Assembly: GCA_965283725.1 (NCBI GenBank)
Contig: CBDIPT010000002.1
Span: 537,354 to 601,353, forward strand
Source: Limisphaerales bacterium
Lineage (GTDB): Bacteria > Verrucomicrobiota > Verrucomicrobiia > Limisphaerales > JAEYXS01
Direction of reading: 5' to 3'
DNA length: 64,000 nt
Program-made: the position numbers and the translations under genes
Notes under the pieces: model-generated
What the model saw: only the letters and a program-made list of their open reading frames with translations
Databases searched by the model: none
What the model was told of the DNA's origin: nothing
Part shown: one piece after another, positions 45,574-54,792 of the stretch
Layout: each line of letters opens with the position of its first letter
Numbering within the stretch: the first letter of the stretch is position 1

Positions 45574-45587
45574 CGAATCATTTTCTT

Positions 45588-46553
45588 ATGGCCGACGAAA
45601 CTATTCATTTTGAGAACCCTCGTCTCGTGCAGCAGCTCTTCGGTGCGGATTCGCCGAACCTGAAGTCGCTCGAAGACCAATTGCACGTGAAGGCGACAGC
45701 GCGCGACGGCTGGATCAAGCTGGAGGGCGAGCCGGATAACATTGGGCGGGCGAAGCAATTGTTCACAATCCTTGAGGATTCCATCAAGGCGGGCGGGCAG
45801 GTGCGGAATCGCGAGTTCATGTCCGCGCTCGGCGTGGTGAAGGCGGACGGCGTGGAGGCGTTGCGCAACCTGATGAGCGAGCGCATCCAGACATCCGCCG
45901 GCAAACCTTCCATTATGCCCAAGACGCCGGGGCAGAAGAAATATGTGGAAGCGATCCGGGAGCACGACGTGACGTTCGGCATCGGCCCGGCGGGCACGGG
46001 CAAGACGTATCTGGCGATGGCGATGGCGGCTTCAGCTTTGAAGGCAGGCAAGATCAGCCGGATCATTTTGACACGTCCGGCGGTGGAAGCGGGCGAAGCG
46101 CTGGGTTTCCTGCCGGGTGATCTGCACGAGAAGCTGACGCCGTATCTGCGGCCGCTTTACGATGCCTTGCACGATATGATGTCGCCGGAAGAACTGGCAA
46201 AGCATATCGAGCGCGGGGTAATCGAGATCGCGCCATTGGCTTATATGCGCGGGCGTACGTTGAACCACGCGTTCATCGTGCTGGATGAATCGCAGAACGC
46301 GACGATGGAGCAGATGTTCATGTTCCTCACGCGCTTGGGCTACAGCTCTAAGGCGGTCATCACGGGTGACCCGACACAGGTGGATTTGCCGGGGCATAAG
46401 AAGTCTGGCCTAGTGGAAGCGATCACGGCCTTGAAGAAGATCCCGGGCATCGCCTTCCACGAGTTCACGAAGCAGGATGTGGTGCGGCATCAACTGGTGC
46501 AGCGGATCATCGAGGCGTACGAGAAGCATCGCGGCACGGGACGGAACGAATGA
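45588..46553 (+). CDS. phoH: PhoH-family ATPase
   Basis: ATG at 45588 (MADETIHFENPRL...). Walker A GPAGTGKTYLA and the DESQN Walker B context. Confidence 0.9.
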   Translation: MADETIHFENPRLVQQLFGADSPNLKSLEDQLHVKATARDGWIKLEGEPDNIGRAKQLFTILEDSIKAGGQVRNREFMSALGVVKADGVEALRNLMSERIQTSAGKPSIMPKTPGQKKYVEAIREHDVTFGIGPAGTGKTYLAMAMAASALKAGKISRIILTRPAVEAGEALGFLPGDLHEKLTPYLRPLYDALHDMMSPEELAKHIERGVIEIAPLAYMRGRTLNHAFIVLDESQNATMEQMFMFLTRLGYSSKAVITGDPTQVDLPGHKKSGLVEAITALKKIPGIAFHEFTKQDVVRHQLVQRIIEAYEKHRGTGRNE

Positions 46554-47041
46554 GCAACGAGCTGCAATTGCGGAACCGGCAGAAGACGCGAGCGATCGAT
46601 ACGAAGTTGCTGAAGGCGGCGACGCGCGCCTTGCTGGTGGAAGAGCTGGCGTTGAAGACGTATCAACTGGGCATCCATCTGGTGGAGCCGGAGGAGATGG
46701 CGCAAGTGAACTGGGATTATCTGCAACACGAGGGTTCCACGGATGTCATCACTTTTGATTACCGCCCAGAGGTGCCGCCGGGTGAAGAAGTGCCGGAGCT
46801 TTATGGCGAGCTGTATATCTGTGTAAACGATGCGCTGAAGCAGGCGAAGGAGTTCAAGCAGCATTGGACGGAGGAACTGGCGCGCTATGTGGTGCACGGG
46901 GTGCTGCACTTGCGCGGGTTTGATGACCTGGAGCCGGCCAAGCGGCGGGTGATGAAACGGGAGGAGAACCGGCTGGTGAAAGCTTTGGCCGGGCGTTTTG
47001 CTTTGAGAAAACTGGCGGGTGGGGTTAAGGTGCGCCCGTGA
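46550..47041 (+). CDS. ybeY: rRNA maturation endoribonuclease YbeY
   Basis: HGVLHLRGFDD zinc motif. ATGA overlap with phoH. Confidence 0.9.
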   Translation: MSNELQLRNRQKTRAIDTKLLKAATRALLVEELALKTYQLGIHLVEPEEMAQVNWDYLQHEGSTDVITFDYRPEVPPGEEVPELYGELYICVNDALKQAKEFKQHWTEELARYVVHGVLHLRGFDDLEPAKRRVMKREENRLVKALAGRFALRKLAGGVKVRP

Positions 47042-47739
47042 AAAGATATTTCGGCCACTGGCAGGCCAATTTCTTCACCGGTCTCGCGGTGATCTTGCCG
47101 GCGGTCCTTTCTCTGGCGCTGGTGCACTGGCTGTTTGGCACCATTGCCAACCTGACTGACACGTTGCTCATCTTTATCCCGGCCCACATCACCCATGCAG
47201 AACATGGCAAGGGGCCGATGCACTGGTATTGGAGCGTGTTCGCGCTGGTGCTGGCGGTGGGGTTGGTGGCGCTCATCGGCACGGTGACTCGGCTATATCT
47301 GGGACGGCAAATCATCCAGGCAATGGACCGGCTGATGTTGCAGGTGCCCTTGCTGAACAAGATCTATGGCGCGATCAAACAGGTGAATGATGCGTTTGCC
47401 ACGAGCAAGAATTCCTCGTTCAAGCAGGTGGTAATGGTGGAGTTTCCGCGGGATGGGGTGTATTCCATCGGGTTCATCACGGGGGATCAGCATAAGGAAG
47501 TGGAAGCCAAGACGCGGGAAAAGATGGTGAGCGTGTTCATCCCTACGACGCCGAACCCGACGTCGGGCTATCTCATCTTGGTGGCGGAGGCGAAGCTGAC
47601 GAAGCTGGATATGCCGGTCTCGGATGGTATCAAGTTCATCATCAGTTTGGGCTCGGTGGCACCGGAGTATCAAGGGAAGCCAGCGGGTGCACCGAATGTG
47701 AAGATCGCACAACCGGTGGGGACCGAGCCAACTATCTGA
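47038..47739 (+). CDS. DUF502-domain membrane protein
   Basis: N-terminal TM pair FFTGLAVILPAVLSLALVHWLF and a later ...PTTPNPTSGYLILV string typical of DUF502. Confidence 0.7.
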   Translation: MKRYFGHWQANFFTGLAVILPAVLSLALVHWLFGTIANLTDTLLIFIPAHITHAEHGKGPMHWYWSVFALVLAVGLVALIGTVTRLYLGRQIIQAMDRLMLQVPLLNKIYGAIKQVNDAFATSKNSSFKQVVMVEFPRDGVYSIGFITGDQHKEVEAKTREKMVSVFIPTTPNPTSGYLILVAEAKLTKLDMPVSDGIKFIISLGSVAPEYQGKPAGAPNVKIAQPVGTEPTI

Positions 47740-47809
47740 ACGCGCTTCAGGGGGCTTCTTGCACACACGGCGACCAGGCCGCAGATACTGTTTGGAGTGA
47801 TTGTTGAGA

Positions 47810-48238
47810 ATGAAAATATCATACCATGGTATTGTGCTGTGTTTCTTGTGTTTCTTTTTTGCGTGTAGCAAGGCTGAGAGAATTAGCAAGGCGGATGCTA
47901 CAGCTTCTATAATCAAAACCACGTATTTTAATGTTGAATTTGAGCCGGATGGGTTTTCCCGATTGAAATGGCTTCGTTCCAAAGGTGTTTCGGATTCGGA
48001 GTTGGTTGTTTTTGTGAGTGATTGGAGTCGTAACCCTCAGAAAACGATTGAGGAATTGGATAAAAACGCGCCGCCGAGAAAAGACCTATGGGGGCATGAT
48101 TTAAGAGTAAGGTGGCGATCAAAAGAGGATCCTGAGACTTTGCTGCCGGGCAAAAATCTGATCATTTGGTCGGTTGGTCCAAATGGAATTAATGAAAATT
48201 GCTCAGGAGATGATGTTGTGGTTTCTTGGAAGTTGTAA
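47810..48238 (+). CDS. AT-rich lipoprotein-like hypothetical (pseudopilin-GspG-C-terminus-like tail)
   Basis: ATG at 47810. MKISYHGIVLCFLCFFFAC has a lipobox-like FFAC. The C-terminal IIWSVGPNGINENCSGDDVVVSW recalls the type II pseudopilin tail. Confidence 0.55.
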   Translation: MKISYHGIVLCFLCFFFACSKAERISKADATASIIKTTYFNVEFEPDGFSRLKWLRSKGVSDSELVVFVSDWSRNPQKTIEELDKNAPPRKDLWGHDLRVRWRSKEDPETLLPGKNLIIWSVGPNGINENCSGDDVVVSWKL

Positions 48239-48437
48239 AATGATATGATATGTTTTTTTAGGTTCTTGTTGGAGTCTTCTGGTTTACTTTAAGTTACTCT
48301 ATATAGGCATGCGATTTGAGTTCACAGGCAGTAGTGCGATTGGTGAAATCGACCCTTCCCTTTCTGTGGATATATGTGGAGAACTGCACCTTTGGATCTT
48401 TGGTGACTGTGGGTTGCATTCTCAGTTGGGGGTGTGA

Positions 48438-49088
48438 ATGGATGAGCGAGCCTCAGGAATTATTTTGCGGACGCGGCCGTTGACGGAGACGAGCCTCATT
48501 GTGCATTGGCTCACGCCAGAGTTGGGGCGCATCGCGGTGGTGGCGAAGGGGGCGCGGCGGCCGAAGTCGGTGTTTCGCGGGAAGCTGGACATCTTCTATC
48601 AGGCGGATTTTTCGTTTCAACGTAGCCGACGATCCGATCTGCATAATCTCCATGAAGTGAGTTTGCGGGAGACGCATGAGGCGTTGCGGTCGGACATCGG
48701 GCGGGTGCAGCAGGCGGCGTATGCGGTGGCGATGATCGAGCAGACGACGGAGACGGAGACGCCCATCGCGGAGGTGTATGATCTTATGCTCGGTTTCTTG
48801 CAGCATCTGGTGCAAGTGGGAGCGAAGCCGGTGAATGTGCTCGCGTTCGAGCTGAAGCTGCTGGAGGCATTGGGTCAAAGTCCATTGTCGGAGGAAATCA
48901 AGCTGGGGAAGACGGCGCAGGCATTGATGGAGGCGTTACAGGATTGCGAGTGGGCGCAGTTGGCGGAGGCGGAACTGACGCTGCAGCACATCACTGAGCT
49001 GCGGCAGTTCCTGCATGGGTTCCTGATCTTTCATCTGGACAAGCTTCCGCGGGGGCGGAATGCGGCGATTGAGGCGGGAAATGGTTAA
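48438..49088 (+). CDS. recO: DNA repair protein RecO
   Basis: MDERASGIILRTRPLTETSLIVHWLTPELGRIAVVAKGARRPKS is a canonical RecO OB-fold N-terminus. Confidence 0.88.
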   Translation: MDERASGIILRTRPLTETSLIVHWLTPELGRIAVVAKGARRPKSVFRGKLDIFYQADFSFQRSRRSDLHNLHEVSLRETHEALRSDIGRVQQAAYAVAMIEQTTETETPIAEVYDLMLGFLQHLVQVGAKPVNVLAFELKLLEALGQSPLSEEIKLGKTAQALMEALQDCEWAQLAEAELTLQHITELRQFLHGFLIFHLDKLPRGRNAAIEAGNG

Positions 49089-49177
49089 CCGCGAAATACG
49101 CTAAAGACGCGAAAGGGGAATTCGACGTGCCAAGGCACGTCATGGGGAAAGCGGAGGCTGGCTTTCGCACTCCAAAG
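49084..49177. repeat. composite intergenic repeat: R3 module plus two-hairpin module R7
   Basis: gttaaccgcgaaatacgctaaagacgcgaaagggga (49084-49119). Then gacgtgccaaggcacgtc...cactccaaag (49124-49177), which is homologous to 54617-54668. Confidence 0.75.
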
Positions 49178-49359
49178 TTCAGACTATGCGCAGGCAGGGA
49201 TGCCTGCGGGGACGGCCCGCGGGACGCGGGCGTTACGATCTCATGGTGTGAGTTTGAGAGCGCCGTTGATGGTTGGGTGCTCGGTGGTGAAGGCCTTGGT
49301 TTGGGCGTTGCGGCAGCAACGCCCTACCGGGAGAGGGTAAGGCGCGTGGTCCTGCGGGA

Positions 49360-51426
49360 TCAGAACGGGTTGCTTTTGCCGCTCTTGCCGAATTTGCGGT
49401 TGCCCTTTTTGCCTTTGCCGTAGCTGGTGGGTTTTCCGGAGCCAGAGTCTTTGCCTTCGCCGCCGAGGAAAGTGCGTTTGAGTTCGTTGATCTGGTCGCG
49501 GAGCAGGGCGGCTTTCTCGAATTCCAAATTGTTCGCAGCGTCGAGCATCTCGCCTTCGAGCTGTCGGATGGTCTCGGTGACATCGAATTCGGGCTGTTTG
49601 TCGCGCAGGAAGGCGGTGGCTTTCGCGGTGACTTCCTTTTGCGAGGACAGGCTGTCTTCCACCGCGCGGCTGACACCTTTGGGCGTGATGTTGTGCTCGA
49701 GGTTGTAGGCGAGCTGGCGTTTGCGGCGGTACTCCGAGGTGGCGAGGAATTTCTGGATGCTCTGGGTCATCACGTCCGCATAAAGAATGACGAAGCCGTT
49801 CAAGTGACGGGCGGCGCGACCAGCGGTCTGGATGAGGCTGGTGGTGGAGCGCAGGTAGCCTTCCTTATCCGCATCGAGAATGGCGACGAGCGAGACTTCC
49901 GGTAGATCGAGGCCTTCGCGCAGGAGGTTGATGCCCACGAGGACGTCGAAGTCGCCTTTGCGCAAGGCGCGCAGGATCTCGACGCGTTCGATGGCGTCGA
50001 TCTCGCTGTGCAGGTAGCGGATGTTAATGCCGATATCGCGCAAGTAATCGGTGAGTTCCTCGGCGCTGCGCTTGGTGAGCGTGGTGACAAGCACGCGCTC
50101 TTTCAGTTCTACCCGCTTACGGACTTCTTCGAGGAGATCATCGATCTGGCCTTTCAGCGGGCGGATGCTGATGGGCGGGTCTACAAGACCAGTCGGGCGC
50201 ACGATGAGTTCTGCGACGCGCTGGCCGGACCATTGTAGCTCCTGTGCGGCGGGCGTGGCGCTGACGTAGATGACCTGGTCGTGCAACTTCTGGAATTCGT
50301 CGAAATTCAACGGGCGATTGTCCAGGGCGCTGGGCAGACGGAAACCATGGTCCACGAGCACGCTCTTGCGGGAGCGGTCCCCGGCATACATGCCGCCGAT
50401 CTGCGAGACGGTGGCGTGGGATTCATCGATGACGAGCAGAAAATCGGGCGGAAAGAAATCGATGATCGTGGCCGGGCGCGAACCGGGCGGGCGCTTGGCG
50501 ATGTGGCGTGAGTAATTCTCGATGCCGGAACAGAAGCCCATCTCTTCCATCATCTCCAGATCGTATTCCGTGCGCATCTTGATGCGTTGGGCTTCGAGCA
50601 GTTTGCCTTCCTTCTCGAACCACGCGATGCGTTCACCGAGTTCCTCGCGGATGCTCAGGATGGCGCGTTTCAATTTGTCAGCGGGGGTGACGAATTGTTT
50701 GCCGGGATAGACGGTGATGGCCTCGAATTGTTCCAACGGATCGCCGAGCAAGGGATCGAAGCGCGTGATGCGGTCGATCTGGTCGCCGAAGAATTCGATA
50801 CGCAGGCCGTCTTCCGTGTAGCCGGGGCGGAGCTCCACAGTGTCGCCGCGCACACGGAATTCGCCGCGTTCGAAGGCGATGTCGTTACGTCGGTATTGGA
50901 TGTCCACGAGGCGGCTGAGGAATTGGTCGCGCGAGATCTCCATGCCGACCTTCAACGGAATGACCATGGCCTCGTAGTCTTCCTTGCTGCCGGTGCCGTA
51001 GATACAAGAGACGCTGGCCACCACGATGACATCGCGCCGGGCGAAGAGCGAACTCATGGAGGAGAGGCGCATGCGCTCGATCTCCTCGTTGATGCTGGAA
51101 TCCTTCTCGATGAAGGTGTCCGTGCGCGGGATGTAGGCCTCGGGTTGGTAGTAATCGAAGTAGCTGACGAAGTATTCGACGGCGTTGTCCGGGAAGAAGC
51201 TCTTGAACTCGGCGTAGAGCTGGGCAGCGAGCGTCTTGTTATGCGAGATGACGAGCGTGGGGCGGTTCACCTCTTTGATGATGTTCGCGATGGTGTAGGT
51301 CTTGCCGGAGCCGGTGACGCCGAGGAGCGTCTGATGCTTCGCGCCCGCGCGCAACCCTTCGGTCAGCTTCGCAATGGCTTGCGGCTGATCTCCGGCAGGT
51401 TCGTAGGGTGCGACGAGTTTGAACAT
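49360..51426 (-). CDS. uvrB: excinuclease ABC subunit B
   Basis: 688-aa [16 protein letters not shown] Walker A, helicase motifs, and a UVR domain [17 protein letters not shown]. Gly/Lys-rich C-terminal tail. Confidence 0.95.
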   Translation of the reverse strand: MFKLVAPYEPAGDQPQAIAKLTEGLRAGAKHQTLLGVTGSGKTYTIANIIKEVNRPTLVISHNKTLAAQLYAEFKSFFPDNAVEYFVSYFDYYQPEAYIPRTDTFIEKDSSINEEIERMRLSSMSSLFARRDVIVVASVSCIYGTGSKEDYEAMVIPLKVGMEISRDQFLSRLVDIQYRRNDIAFERGEFRVRGDTVELRPGYTEDGLRIEFFGDQIDRITRFDPLLGDPLEQFEAITVYPGKQFVTPADKLKRAILSIREELGERIAWFEKEGKLLEAQRIKMRTEYDLEMMEEMGFCSGIENYSRHIAKRPPGSRPATIIDFFPPDFLLVIDESHATVSQIGGMYAGDRSRKSVLVDHGFRLPSALDNRPLNFDEFQKLHDQVIYVSATPAAQELQWSGQRVAELIVRPTGLVDPPISIRPLKGQIDDLLEEVRKRVELKERVLVTTLTKRSAEELTDYLRDIGINIRYLHSEIDAIERVEILRALRKGDFDVLVGINLLREGLDLPEVSLVAILDADKEGYLRSTTSLIQTAGRAARHLNGFVILYADVMTQSIQKFLATSEYRRKRQLAYNLEHNITPKGVSRAVEDSLSSQKEVTAKATAFLRDKQPEFDVTETIRQLEGEMLDAANNLEFEKAALLRDQINELKRTFLGGEGKDSGSGKPTSYGKGKKGNRKFGKSGKSNPF

Positions 51427-51477
51427 GTGGCGGGGAAAGTACGGCGTGAGGCGGGGAGTGTCAAATGGGGGAAGGAG

Positions 51478-51553
51478 TTAACCGCAGATTGACATAGATG
51501 AACACAGATTAGCTGAAACATCGAACATCCAACATCGAACTCCGAACATCGAG
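51478..51553. repeat. composite intergenic repeat: GTTAACC-headed module plus aacatcgaac-type module R4
   Basis: gttaaccgcagattgacatagatgaacacagattag, then aaacatcgaacatccaacatcgaactccgaacatcgag. Confidence 0.75.
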
Positions 51554-51694
51554 AGGTGGCGGAGAGGCCCTGAATAGGGTTGCGGTGCGACTTGCTAAAA
51601 ATGTGAACTGCGGCTAAGAATATGGTGAGTCAGGAAGGCTTTTGACCAGGACTTAGCAGGTTTATGCGGGCGCCACCATGTGGAATGCGATTAA

Positions 51695-53002
51695 CTACGC
51701 TGGTTCTTCTTTAAATTTCTTTTTCTGCTTGAGAAGATATGCTAGATGTTTGCGAATTTGCTTCAAATCCTCCCCATCTCTGTTCCTGAATTGATAATAG
51801 AGATCGAGATCGTCTAGCGTCCGGATTCTCTTAATGTGTGTGAAAATGAAAGCGAAAGTCGTCTCGCATATCAATTTTAGAAATTGAACATCCACGTCTT
51901 TAATCTCGCTGTATTCTCCTCGATGAACTGCATTGTTTCTCTTGTCGGCGATTTCATTTAGAGCCAGTTTCAGGCCGATTCCGTCGGGAAGGAATATTTG
52001 TTTGTAAGCGGCTAACCTTTCACAAACAACATCAGTTTTGCCTGATGTTCGATCTGAAAGCGTTAGCAGTTCTGCCAATTGCCAGAAGCCGACTAAGCGC
52101 CTATGAATCATCGTTTCGCTTAAAGCTTGAGAGTAAAGACGAAGGGCTGTTGCAAGGAGATCTTTCGTGGAACCTTTTTGGGGTATAGCTTTAAAGAAAA
52201 CAGCATTTTTAAGTATGGCTGCGAAGGTTTGTTCGTTAAGAGTTTGTGTTTTTTCCGGTTCTGTTGAATCGACTAGAATATGAGCGACCTTCTTTGTTTT
52301 TTCTGAAACTGCTACAATCCATCTAGCAGCTTCTGAATAGCAAGCGGACTTGGGGTATATAGACCAACCAAATTGCCGATTCCCAAATCCTTGTGTTAAT
52401 TCGAAAATACCTTTTAGGGTTTCATAGGCTGCGTCGATTTCCAGCCATGCTTTGTACCAGTCTTTCCCTTTAACATGCACTCGCCAAAAAGTTGGAGGCG
52501 AAGTTCTTAAGCGAATTCCATACTGCAAAATATCTGCCTTGTAATGTTCGAGCTCATGCTTGGCAGATTCTCCTTCCAACATCTGAAATGAAGTTCCCAA
52601 CACCTGCAGGCGCTTTGGGGCTTTGCTGTGTGTTTTGAAAAAGGCGGGTATCAGGAAAGTCCAAGTCGTTTCTTGTCTTTTTTGTGCGTCAGAGGGTGTT
52701 CGAGAAATGGTGGAGTAAACATTCTCGAAATCTTCAATACTTGAGAGTTCGGATTCTGCCATCATGGTTAATGCCTTGGCCAAATTCGCTTCCGTAATCC
52801 TAGGGCGGTCACAAATTTTTCTAAGAGCAAGTGCGCCTACTTGGAGTATCAAGTCAAAGGAGCAATTCTCATCAGCCGACGTGGATTTTGAGCTGGGACA
52901 ATGCTTAATCAAATTTTGGATTATATGGCTTGCAGCTTTGCGGTTGCTGCTTGCTTTTGATTGCTCAGATCCAAGCCATCTAAATTGAGGGTTTTTGCTC
53001 AC
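51695..53002 (-). CDS. hypothetical protein with C-terminal HEPN-like Rx4H motif (candidate Abi/defence RNase)
   Basis: 435-aa ORF in AT-rich DNA. DKRNNAVHRGE is encoded on the minus strand (R 51938-51940, H 51923-51925), flanked by predicted helices LLATALRLYSQALSE, LVGFWQLAELL and VQFLKLICETTFAFIF. Confidence 0.75.
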   Translation of the reverse strand: MSKNPQFRWLGSEQSKASSNRKAASHIIQNLIKHCPSSKSTSADENCSFDLILQVGALALRKICDRPRITEANLAKALTMMAESELSSIEDFENVYSTISRTPSDAQKRQETTWTFLIPAFFKTHSKAPKRLQVLGTSFQMLEGESAKHELEHYKADILQYGIRLRTSPPTFWRVHVKGKDWYKAWLEIDAAYETLKGIFELTQGFGNRQFGWSIYPKSACYSEAARWIVAVSEKTKKVAHILVDSTEPEKTQTLNEQTFAAILKNAVFFKAIPQKGSTKDLLATALRLYSQALSETMIHRRLVGFWQLAELLTLSDRTSGKTDVVCERLAAYKQIFLPDGIGLKLALNEIADKRNNAVHRGEYSEIKDVDVQFLKLICETTFAFIFTHIKRIRTLDDLDLYYQFRNRDGEDLKQIRKHLAYLLKQKKKFKEEPA

Positions 53003-53116
53003 CTGTTCGTGAAGTTACGCTCAGCTTTATGAATGCCAAGTCAAACGTGAGGTGGTGGTTTTTAAATACGATTTGCTTCAATGATTTTTGTGATTAAGGT
53101 AAAACACATCAATCCT

Positions 53117-54010
53117 ATGAAGATTCGCACAGCACTTTGTTTGATGGCTTTGGCCATTTCGGCGGTTTCAGTCAATGCACAGCAGCGGTTGCCGCGGGAG
53201 CCGTTCCCGCTTTGGCCGGAGGGCGCGCCGGGGGCTTTGGGCAAGGAGGACAAGGATGTGCCGACGTTGTCGCCCTATTTTGCGAATCCGGAGAAGGCGA
53301 CGGGGGCGGCCATCGTGATCTGTCCGGGCGGTGGTTATGGCGGACTGGCGCCGCATGAGGGGCGGGATTATGCGATGTGGCTGAATGAGCAAGGCGTGTC
53401 GGCGTTCGTGCTGAAGTATCGGTTGGGCTCAGCGGGTTATCGGCATCCGGTGATGTTGAATGATGTGTCGCGCGCGTTGCGGTATGTGCGGGCGAAGGCG
53501 GGCGAGTGGAAGCTGGACGCGAAGCGCATCGGGATCATGGGGTCCTCGGCGGGCGGGCATCTGGCGTCCACGTTGCTGACGCATTTCGATGCGGGTGATG
53601 CGAATGCGAAGGATCCGATCGATCAGGTGAGTTCACGGCCGGACATCGGCATCTTGTGCTATCCGGTGATCAGCATGGGGCCGCTGACGCATGGCGGGTC
53701 GAAGAAGAATCTCTTGGGCGATAATCCGTCGCCGGAATTGGTGGAGCTGCTCTCGAACGAGAAGCAGGTGAAGAAGGATACTCCGCCGACGTTCATGTTC
53801 CACACGTTCGAGGATTCGGCGGTGAAGGTGGAGAACACGTTGGAGTTCGCGGCGGCGTTGCGGAAGAACGGGGTGCCGTTCTCGCTGCATATCTATCCGA
53901 AGGGTCCGCACGGGATCGGGCTGGGCAAGGCGCAGTGGGATCCGACGGCGCGGCATCCGTGGACGGGCGAGTGTGTTGGGTGGTTGAAGGAGCAGGGGTT
54001 TATCAAATAA
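53117..54010 (+). CDS. secreted alpha/beta-hydrolase esterase/lipase
   Basis: ATG at 53117 with signal peptide MKIRTALCLMALAISAVSVNA. ICPGGGYGG oxyanion region and the GSSAGGHLA elbow. Confidence 0.8.
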   Translation: MKIRTALCLMALAISAVSVNAQQRLPREPFPLWPEGAPGALGKEDKDVPTLSPYFANPEKATGAAIVICPGGGYGGLAPHEGRDYAMWLNEQGVSAFVLKYRLGSAGYRHPVMLNDVSRALRYVRAKAGEWKLDAKRIGIMGSSAGGHLASTLLTHFDAGDANAKDPIDQVSSRPDIGILCYPVISMGPLTHGGSKKNLLGDNPSPELVELLSNEKQVKKDTPPTFMFHTFEDSAVKVENTLEFAAALRKNGVPFSLHIYPKGPHGIGLGKAQWDPTARHPWTGECVGWLKEQGFIK

Positions 54011-54013
54011 CGA

Positions 54014-54058
54014 GAAACATCGAACATCGAACGCCCAACTTTGAACATCGAAAGAGAG
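54014..54058. repeat. R4 repeat copy (gaaacatcgaacatcgaacgcccaactttgaacatcgaaagagag)
   Basis: About 90 percent identical by eye to 54521-54566. Confidence 0.8.
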
Positions 54059-54092
54059 TGAGAGGGCGGGAAAGTGGGAGTGGGAGAATTTG

Positions 54093-54128
54093 GCACCCGT
54101 CTGGCTGAGAGGCTGGGCGGGTGTTTTT
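54093..54128 (+). terminator. intrinsic terminator downstream of the esterase gene
   Basis: cacccg (54093-54098) pairs with cgggtg (54117-54122), followed by tttttt. Confidence 0.7.
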
Positions 54129-54131
54129 TCT

Positions 54132-54195
54132 GCCCGCGAAATACGCTAAAGACACGAAATGGGAGTGACGCGAATTGCGCGAATTTGCGCTAATT
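54132..54195. repeat. R3-type repeat plus cgcgaattgcgcgaatttgcgctaatt module
   Basis: cccgcgaaatacgctaaagacacgaaatgggag matches the 42384 and 49084 copies. Confidence 0.7.
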
Positions 54196-54520
54196 AGGTA
54201 TCCGATCTTTGGAAGTGGTTCTGTTTCAGTGAGTTTTGGAGGGTGAGGATTATTTCGAGGAAATTGGGGGTTGGACAGCAGATGTCCTACCCCCTTCCGC
54301 ATAGTGGATGCAGAAACTAACAAAGGTTCACTATGAAACTGACAGAACAAAGTGAGTTGAAGATGGAAACAGGATGTCGGCCGGTGGCGCGGCGGTATCG
54401 GCGGATATCGCAGTCGAACTGGTGGTTTTCGCAGATGCGGCGGGCAGTGAATGGGGCGTGTCCGACGGAGCAGGGGCCGGAACGGCGGGTGGTGCAGAAG
54501 GTGTTGCCTTTAGGTTAAGG

Positions 54521-54566
54521 GGAAACATCGAACATCCAACGCCCAACTTCCAACATCGAAAGGGGG
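54521..54566. repeat. R4 repeat copy
   Basis: ggaaacatcgaacatccaacgcccaacttccaacatcgaaaggggg. Confidence 0.8.
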
Positions 54567-54616
54567 ATTGGTCGCAAAAAGGCACAAGAGGCACAAAGAG
54601 AAGAATAGATAGGGGC

Positions 54617-54668
54617 GACGCGCCAAGGCGCGTTCGGGAAAGCTTTGGCAAGCCAAAGCACTCCAAAG
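54617..54668. repeat. two-hairpin module R7
   Basis: gacgcgccaaggcgcgt and gctttggcaagccaaagc are palindromes, ending in cactccaaag. Homologous to 49124-49177. Confidence 0.7.
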
Positions 54669-54792
54669 GGGAAGCCGAGCAAGGGCAAAGAAATTGTTGG
54701 GAACGGCGGCACGCCGTCCCTCCCGGGATTTGGGCGGGAAGGGGTTTGCATTCTGGCGGGCGGGGGGCAATCTTGGGGGATAATTTGTGAGC

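Noticed and set aside
49127-49423. Plus-strand 98-aa ORF between recO and uvrB
   Set aside because: It lies over repeat modules (R3/R7) and the 3' end of uvrB on the opposite strand, with no motif and no start context.
51516-54566. aacatcgaac-type repeats considered as a CRISPR array or microsatellite
   Set aside because: There are only three dispersed copies, with no regular repeat-spacer periodicity and no cas genes. They behave like the other dispersed intergenic repeat modules.
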